Positions 58,025-64,000 of a stretch of 64,000 nucleotides of DNA are shown here, piece after piece. Position numbers and translations under genes: made by a program. The notes under the pieces were generated by a model, which was not told where the DNA came from, did no database searches, and worked only from the letters and a program-made list of their open reading frames with translations. Source of the DNA: a virus (taxonomy: Duplodnaviria; Caudoviricetes); the IMG/VR virus record IMGVR_UViG_2603880214_000004, positions 8,873 through 72,872 of that record, one strand, 5' to 3'. Positions within the stretch are counted from its first letter, which is position 1, and every line of letters begins with the position of its first letter.

Positions 58025-58833
58025 TAAAAGATTTACTAAAAAGCCTCAATATCTGAGGCTTTTTTTCTTTGTGTAGGATTATTCTCCATAAAGAAAAGAC
58101 ACCTTAAGGTGCCTTCTTCCGGCTTGAGCCATCTTAATTTTATTATGTTGTTATTATATAAGAAAAGAAGACATCGATTAAGATGTCTTCTTTTACTTGT
58201 ACACTTGGTGTTAAGAAGGTATTGTATTGCTTAAAAACCATAAAAAAATATAACAATCATCGAGTAAGTTTATTATAGCATCAATAAATAGAGTTTTTAT
58301 ATGTATTTTTACATATATATAGATTTATTTATATTTAATCTATATAGTTAAATTGTCTGTTTCTTGTTTTAATTCGTTTGTTTATTTTAATTGCTCCAGC
58401 AATGGAGCCTTTTTTTATGCAATAAAATATTTTCTTAGCATTACTTAGTTAATCTATACTAACTTTACCTTCTTAAATAATATCTATATTTTACCAAATA
58501 ATTATACAGATAAACAGTTTTTTCTAATAATATAATAGATTGATAATTTTAATATTATTTGTTAATCCTTATAGGAAAATTTATCATGCAATGAGGATTG
58601 AGAAATCAAGAATTATAAAAAACTTATAGTATCTTTAGGAAAAATATATTTATAATCTGTATATTGATATGTTATAATCTAATCTCTAAAACTACCTAAA
58701 AAGGACTACCTAATGGTAGTCTTTTTTATATTGGTGAGATTGTACTAGTATGATAGAATAGAATTAACTGTATATTGTGAGGGTGATTGGTTATCCCTTC
58801 TTTCCATTTGGAAGGAAAGGGGGTGATATACCT

Positions 58834-58989
58834 ATGGAGTTTTTGTTTGAGCTTCTAAAAGAATTTGTGAAAGCCATTGTACGTGAAGTTTCTGCGTATG
58901 TTTTTAGGAAACAAATTTTAGAAAAAGATAACAAAAAACCCACTCCTCGTCGCCGTCCAAAGCAAAAGGGTGGGTTTCGTAAAAAATAA
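58834..58989 (+). CDS. Type I toxin-like small protein (51 aa)
   Basis: Amphipathic N-terminus with basic tail; SD sequestered by upstream atcccttctttcc; convergent TATAAT promoter and hairpin downstream. Confidence 0.55.
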   Translation: MEFLFELLKEFVKAIVREVSAYVFRKQILEKDNKKPTPRRRPKQKGGFRKK

Positions 58990-59191
58990 ATGATATAACC
59001 ACCACCCTGACGGTAGCAGTTATTAGAAGAGATGTTAGCGCATCTCTTCTTTTATTATATACACAAGCTATTACTGTAATACTACTACAATAATTATATC
59101 AAACGTACATAAAAAATCAATGAGTACGTAATAGATATAATGTACAGAAGAAAAGAAATCCAAAGGTGCCTTTTTTCAATTTATTACAGCC

Positions 59192-59635
59192 CTAATTGAT
59201 TGTAAATTGATTTGAATACGTGAATTCACCACGATATTTAATTGCAGCGACATAAGTACCACTGGTATAGCTATCTGTGATAGGGGTTTGCCAAATTTCT
59301 GTTCCAGGAATAAATTCTGGTTCTATTGTTTGGAATCGTTCTAGGGTACCATTTGTGTGGATTTTAAAAATTTTCATTTGTGCACCAAAATGTTCTCTAC
59401 CAAAGTGCTGTGTTAAGTAAAATGTATCACCAGTTATTAAATTTCCAATCTTCCAATCTGGCTGATATGTACTTTCCTCTGAATTTTGTAAATCCACAAT
59501 GGTTTTAAATCCCCAATCATCATTAAGTGGATCTGAGTAAGCTGCAGCTGCTTGTGAGGTAGGCTTACTCATTTCTATTGCAGTAAAACCGCTAAAAGTT
59601 AACGCCCCAATTAATGCTAATTTTCCTAACTTCAT
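59192..59635 (-). CDS. Secreted DUF5065-like protein
   Basis: MKLGKLALIGAL signal peptide; MKIFK...LERFQTI, GTYVA. Confidence 0.7.
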   Translation of the reverse strand: MKLGKLALIGALTFSGFTAIEMSKPTSQAAAAYSDPLNDDWGFKTIVDLQNSEESTYQPDWKIGNLITGDTFYLTQHFGREHFGAQMKIFKIHTNGTLERFQTIEPEFIPGTEIWQTPITDSYTSGTYVAAIKYRGEFTYSNQFTIN

Positions 59636-59913
59636 TATTGTTTCCCCCCTATTAATTTTTAAAACCAGAAATCATACACACATAATAATATAATCTACTG
59701 TATTATATTTCAAATATTTTCTAATAAAATCCATAAATAAAAAAGCATCCCAAAGGTGCCTTCCTCCGATTTGAATCATTTTAATTCTAAGAATATGTAT
59801 TGGACTCCCATTCAAGTATCATTTTTCTCAATGAATAATTGGTATATTTTAGGGTGATTTTTACTATTTTTATGTTAAGATATTTTGGTTGATATTCATC
59901 TTATTTTAGGAGG

Positions 59914-60219
59914 TTGGAAGATCTGTTACATGCTTTTTATATGGATTTTAGTTTCTATACCGAAAGTATAAAAGTTTTAGGGTTATTAGGGAATTCTACT
60001 CGCTTATCAATTGTTTGTAAATTGATTACATATGGGTCGTTGTCAGTTTCTGATTTAAGTAAGCAAACAAGAATTACAGAGGATTTGATTGTACAACATT
60101 TGCGTAAATTAGCCTCTGGAAATATTGTAATTAGTGAACGTATAGGGAAAAGGCTTTATTTCAAAATAAAAGATAATAAAACAATTGAGATTATTAAGGT
60201 ATTAGGATTACTAAGTTAA
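59914..60219 (+). CDS. ArsR/SmtB-family (PagR-like) regulator
   Basis: TRLSIV..L...SLSVSDL...VQHLRKL...ERIGKRLYF. Confidence 0.8.
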   Translation: MEDLLHAFYMDFSFYTESIKVLGLLGNSTRLSIVCKLITYGSLSVSDLSKQTRITEDLIVQHLRKLASGNIVISERIGKRLYFKIKDNKTIEIIKVLGLLS

Positions 60220-60353
60220 TTTTAATTACTTTCCATATAAATGATTTTGCTATAACTCAATTGTGTAAAATTATATTTAGCCCGCCTATGGAAATAGGTA
60301 GGTTTTTAATATACAAAAAGGCGCCCATATAAGGGTGCCTTTTCCAATTGTTT

Positions 60354-60464
60354 TTAGCAGAAACAACTGCATCCGATAATGATTAATAGAATAAATAATA
60401 CAACTAATAAAGCGAATCCTCCAGCAAAACCGCAGCCTTCGCCGCAACTACCACCATATCCCAT
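60354..60464 (-). CDS. YjcZ/SscA-family sporulation peptide, second copy
   Basis: MGYGGSCGEGCGFAGGFALLVVLFILLIIIGCSCFC. Confidence 0.9.
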   Translation of the reverse strand: MGYGGSCGEGCGFAGGFALLVVLFILLIIIGCSCFC

Positions 60465-60868
60465 AACAATAGTGCCTCCTTTAGATTAGAGGGTAAAACT
60501 AGGGTTCATTCCATGAATTTTAATGGGTTCACTTTACCTTATGTTTTTAAGAAATTAATTGAGCAGGTCCTTTTGAAAATAGAGAAAAGACGCCATAAGG
60601 CGCCTTCCATTTAGGTAGATAAGACTTTAGTTTTCCAATCTAAAGAAATTTTGTATCAGCTCTTTGAGAGTATATCATGATATTTGCTTGATTTATTATG
60701 CATTTTTACATACCTCTTAAAATCCCTCTATTTTCCATTTGATAAAATTAAATTCCAATATTGTTAATAATTAAATAAATATTTATATAAATTGAAAATA
60801 TTTACAAAAAATACAGAAGTGATACATTTAAGGTGCTAGTTATAAAAAATATTTAAGGGGGATTTATT

Positions 60869-61285
60869 ATGTTTAAGAAATTAGTAGTAGGAACATTAGC
60901 AACTGGTATCGTATTAACTGGAGGGATTGGAGCAGCATCAGCAAGTACAGAAGGTGTAGATAATACTAAAAATTCAGCACCAATTGTCCAACGTACCCAA
61001 ATACTTAAAGATGATTTCAGTCTAATGAATGGTGAAAGAGAAGTACCGTTCGAGCATGTAAAAAAAGCAGATATGAGAGTTCATATGACAAACAATACTA
61101 AAGGTACACTTGATTGGTCTTTAAAAGACTCAAAAGGTAATGTTATTGGTTCTGGATCGTTAGCAGCAGGAAAGGGTTTTACAAATACGTACAATACTCT
61201 TCCAAAAGGTAAATATAAGCTTAAAGTTACTCACAGAAATGGTGGTTCTGGATCATTCTATGCAGCTGCTCGTACTTTAGACTAG
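60869..61285 (+). CDS. Secreted beta-rich protein sharing its signal peptide with 57725-58024
   Basis: MFKKLVVGTLATGIVLTGGIGAASAS followed by an unrelated mature domain. Confidence 0.8.
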   Translation: MFKKLVVGTLATGIVLTGGIGAASASTEGVDNTKNSAPIVQRTQILKDDFSLMNGEREVPFEHVKKADMRVHMTNNTKGTLDWSLKDSKGNVIGSGSLAAGKGFTNTYNTLPKGKYKLKVTHRNGGSGSFYAAARTLD

Positions 61286-61450
61286 TATACATAGAACCAG
61301 TTTAAGCGTATTGAAGAAGAACGATTAGAGAGTTTGAGGATTATGGGGTTTTGTCATAATATCATCGTTTGTAAATACAAAGTCACAAAAGGCCTACCTA
61401 GGGAAATAGGTAGGTCTTTTAATACATAAAAAAACACCATAAGGTGCCTT

Positions 61451-61660
61451 TTAAGCTGTAACAAATTTAAATACATAGTACATAAAAAATAACAAAGATA
61501 GACTTGCTAATCTGCCAGCAATCGATTTTTTCATAAATTTCATAAGTATCACTTTGACAATTAATGCTAAGAATAACGGTATAAACAGTACCATAGCAAG
61601 TTTAATAGCTAAGTCGTTTATAGTTGGATTAAACGCCTCAAAATTAATGATGATATTCAC
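61451..61660 (-). CDS. Small two-TM protein
   Basis: Hydrophobic; SD AGAGG. Confidence 0.7.
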   Translation of the reverse strand: MNIIINFEAFNPTINDLAIKLAMVLFIPLFLALIVKVILMKFMKKSIAGRLASLSLLFFMYYVFKFVTA

Positions 61661-61743
61661 TTGCCTCTCTATTATCTGTTTATATTTATAATTAGATTTT
61701 TTATTGTTTTATCTACTAAAAAAGCCGTTAATTTGAGAACTAT

Positions 61744-62304
61744 TTATTTTTGGATTATAAGAGTACTTTCACATTTACGACAAGTAATCTTCTCTTCCTC
61801 AAAAATGAATAAATTCTCAGCATCACATTCTGGGCATACAACTGCAAACGGTGTTTTTATATTTTTATAGCATAGGAAAGAAAAGAATGCCATGATTAGA
61901 GCAGGTATAATAAGCATCATAATTAAGAATAGGCCCGCAAACACGCCTGTAATTATGGAAAGTGGTTTCATTAGTTTTCTACCTACGGAGTTTACTTGAT
62001 TATCCTTTTTACGAAAAGCAGTAACAAGGTAAGTTTGGGTTTCTTTTACTGGCTCAAATGCATTTACCGTATTGTATTCTTGTTCATCCATAGTGGGATA
62101 GGAAGTGTTTGGTCCTTGATATCCTCGTTGTATATAATAGTTGTTTGACTCAGCTATTCGTGGTGTATACGAGATTCCAGTTCCAGGTATATAAGATGTC
62201 GTTCTTGATTCAGGTGGAATAAAGTTCCCTCCCGTACCTGTGTATGTAAAGTTAATTTTCACACCCGGGGAAAACTGGATAATTCTACGAAATTTATAAC
62301 CCAT
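61744..62304 (-). CDS. DUF4236-like N-terminus + TM + Zn ribbon protein
   Basis: MGYKFRR.I..PGVKINF, IPGTGISY; CPEC...CRKC. Confidence 0.75.
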   Translation of the reverse strand: MGYKFRRIIQFSPGVKINFTYTGTGGNFIPPESRTTSYIPGTGISYTPRIAESNNYYIQRGYQGPNTSYPTMDEQEYNTVNAFEPVKETQTYLVTAFRKKDNQVNSVGRKLMKPLSIITGVFAGLFLIMMLIIPALIMAFFSFLCYKNIKTPFAVVCPECDAENLFIFEEEKITCRKCESTLIIQK

Positions 62305-62581
62305 AATATTGTATCCTCTCTATCTAATTAATAGAATTCTTTACTAATTATAACAAATTTTTAGTGTTAATATTAATGTATTATTTTATAATCAAATTAT
62401 TATATTTAAATTTAATAATTTAAGGCGTTTTATGAGTTCTCTTTTACTTGGACATTTGGTGCTAAGCAGGTATTGTATTGCTAAAAATACAACAATTATC
62501 GAGTAAGCTTATTATACCATCAATAAATGGGATTATTTATTAAATTTAATAGGAAATTTTGCAGGAAGGAGAATATAATTT

Positions 62582-64000
62582 ATGGCTTTTTTGAGAATAT
62601 TTTTATTAATTATAAAGATGCTCGATGATGCCCTATTAAAATTTGATGAGTGGGAAAGCGAATTGAATGAATCCGAGAATAAATTTAAAAAGAAATTGGG
62701 TATTTATGCTATTGATTTAATGGCATTATTATTATTTTCGTATTTTTTTGGAGCATTACTATATGTTTTTATTACTTTCTTATCGACTTTTAATAGCATT
62801 ATTGTATCTTTTATAAAAACTTTAGGATATATCTTTGCAGGAGAGGGAGAATTCTTACCAACCTCTTTACTTATAATACCAAGTCTATATATAAGTTTTA
62901 AAGGTGTATTTTTATGGTTAATTTTAATAGCATTTATTGCTGCTATTATAGTTTATTTAAATAAAGATAATAATGAGTTTAGAATGGTGAAAATTTTAGC
63001 GATAAGTAATAGTATATTACGTTTAGTAGTTATAAATTTAAAAATAGAAAAATCTTTAGTTATTATAGGGCCAATTTTTATTTTTGTTACATTATTTATT
63101 ACATATGCAATGGTGCCAGATACTTTCTTTGTAGCCCATGTATTGGAGATTTTGTTTTTTTGGACAGCTATTTTTGTTATTTTAATTACGTATTCAAGTT
63201 TTAATAAAGATAGTATTAGAGCGAAAAGATTTGTCGTATTTATAGTGTTTATACCTATTGTAATTTCGAATATTTTACAAAATAAAACACAAGGTTCCAT
63301 AAGTTTGCTATTTTTAACAGTTACTATATTTTTGACATTTGAAAGAGTATTTGCAATCCTTGTGGAATATAAGGAACAGATATATGAAGGGAAAGAATGG
63401 ATATTTGCATTAAGAAATTTAGAACAAAAAGATTACGATAAGATAAGAACTAAGCATAATTTGGATAATGATGATTACCTAGAAATTTTTGAGGATAAGG
63501 TTTTAGCGGGGATGGTATTTTATAAAGGTACAAAAAGAGATTTATTAAAATCAAAAGTATGTTTTGAGAGTAGTTTAGTAGATAACCCAGATGATACATT
63601 TTGTAAATATTTATTAGCTCAAGTGTTAGTGGATATTGGTGAGGAGCAAAACATTCAAAAAATTATTGATTTGCTTCAAGAAATAAAAAAACAACATCAA
63701 GAAAATCCATATGTATTTGAAGTTATAGATGTTGAAGAATGTATAGCATATTTAGAGTTTATTAGTGAAAATCCTAAATACAATGAAATAATTAATATTT
63801 TAAAAGATAAGAGGAATTTACAAAATGATTTTGTTTATATATTAGGAGTATCTTATTTGTACGTAGAAGATTTAAAAAAGGCAAGAGAGACGTTGGAGTT
63901 GTTAGAAGGGAAAGAGGATAAGCTAAGTTTTAATGATTGGCACGAGTACATGGCTTATTTGGAGACTAAGGAAAAAGAATTAAATCAAGAAAATAATTAG
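62582..64000 (+). CDS. Multi-pass membrane protein with C-terminal TPR-like region
   Basis: About 7 hydrophobic segments then helical repeats; stop at the window end. Confidence 0.7.
   Translation: MAFLRIFLLIIKMLDDALLKFDEWESELNESENKFKKKLGIYAIDLMALLLFSYFFGALLYVFITFLSTFNSIIVSFIKTLGYIFAGEGEFLPTSLLIIPSLYISFKGVFLWLILIAFIAAIIVYLNKDNNEFRMVKILAISNSILRLVVINLKIEKSLVIIGPIFIFVTLFITYAMVPDTFFVAHVLEILFFWTAIFVILITYSSFNKDSIRAKRFVVFIVFIPIVISNILQNKTQGSISLLFLTVTIFLTFERVFAILVEYKEQIYEGKEWIFALRNLEQKDYDKIRTKHNLDNDDYLEIFEDKVLAGMVFYKGTKRDLLKSKVCFESSLVDNPDDTFCKYLLAQVLVDIGEEQNIQKIIDLLQEIKKQHQENPYVFEVIDVEECIAYLEFISENPKYNEIINILKDKRNLQNDFVYILGVSYLYVEDLKKARETLELLEGKEDKLSFNDWHEYMAYLETKEKELNQENN

Overview
AT-rich DNA, most likely from the Bacillus cereus group, holding what looks like a nearly complete temperate siphophage maintained as a plasmid (ParA partition module present, no integrase in the window). 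Left end (1-4.7 kb): a defence-like island with a truncated C5 DNA methyltransferase, a stand-alone PUA/EVE-like protein behind a perfect 58-bp palindrome, and a two-gene operon of a diverged diadenylate-cyclase (DisA_N)-like protein plus an unknown 441-aa partner. Then an arbitrium module (aimR, aimP, small aimX-like ORF), a cI/cro switch, replication genes, a C5 methyltransferase with a nested out-of-frame subunit, a repeat-delimited array of tiny minus-strand transcription units (13.7-15.2 kb), RecU and ArpU, an ~800-nt highly structured non-coding region, morons, SPP1-type packaging/head/tail genes with a group I intron and homing endonuclease in the tape measure gene, holin and a frameshifted endolysin. 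The right third is plasmid-like cargo: an FtsK/replication-relaxation module, a WXG100 toxin-immunity cassette, a ThiF-family RiPP locus with a 27-aa precursor, Tn3-type and IS231 ends with dif-like sites around immunity-like genes, parA and partners, an ORF-free putative RNA-controlled replicon with ColE1-like loops, a type I toxin-antitoxin-like locus and terminator-bounded cassettes for secreted and sporulation proteins. All calls come from reading motifs by eye; no searches or folding were run.
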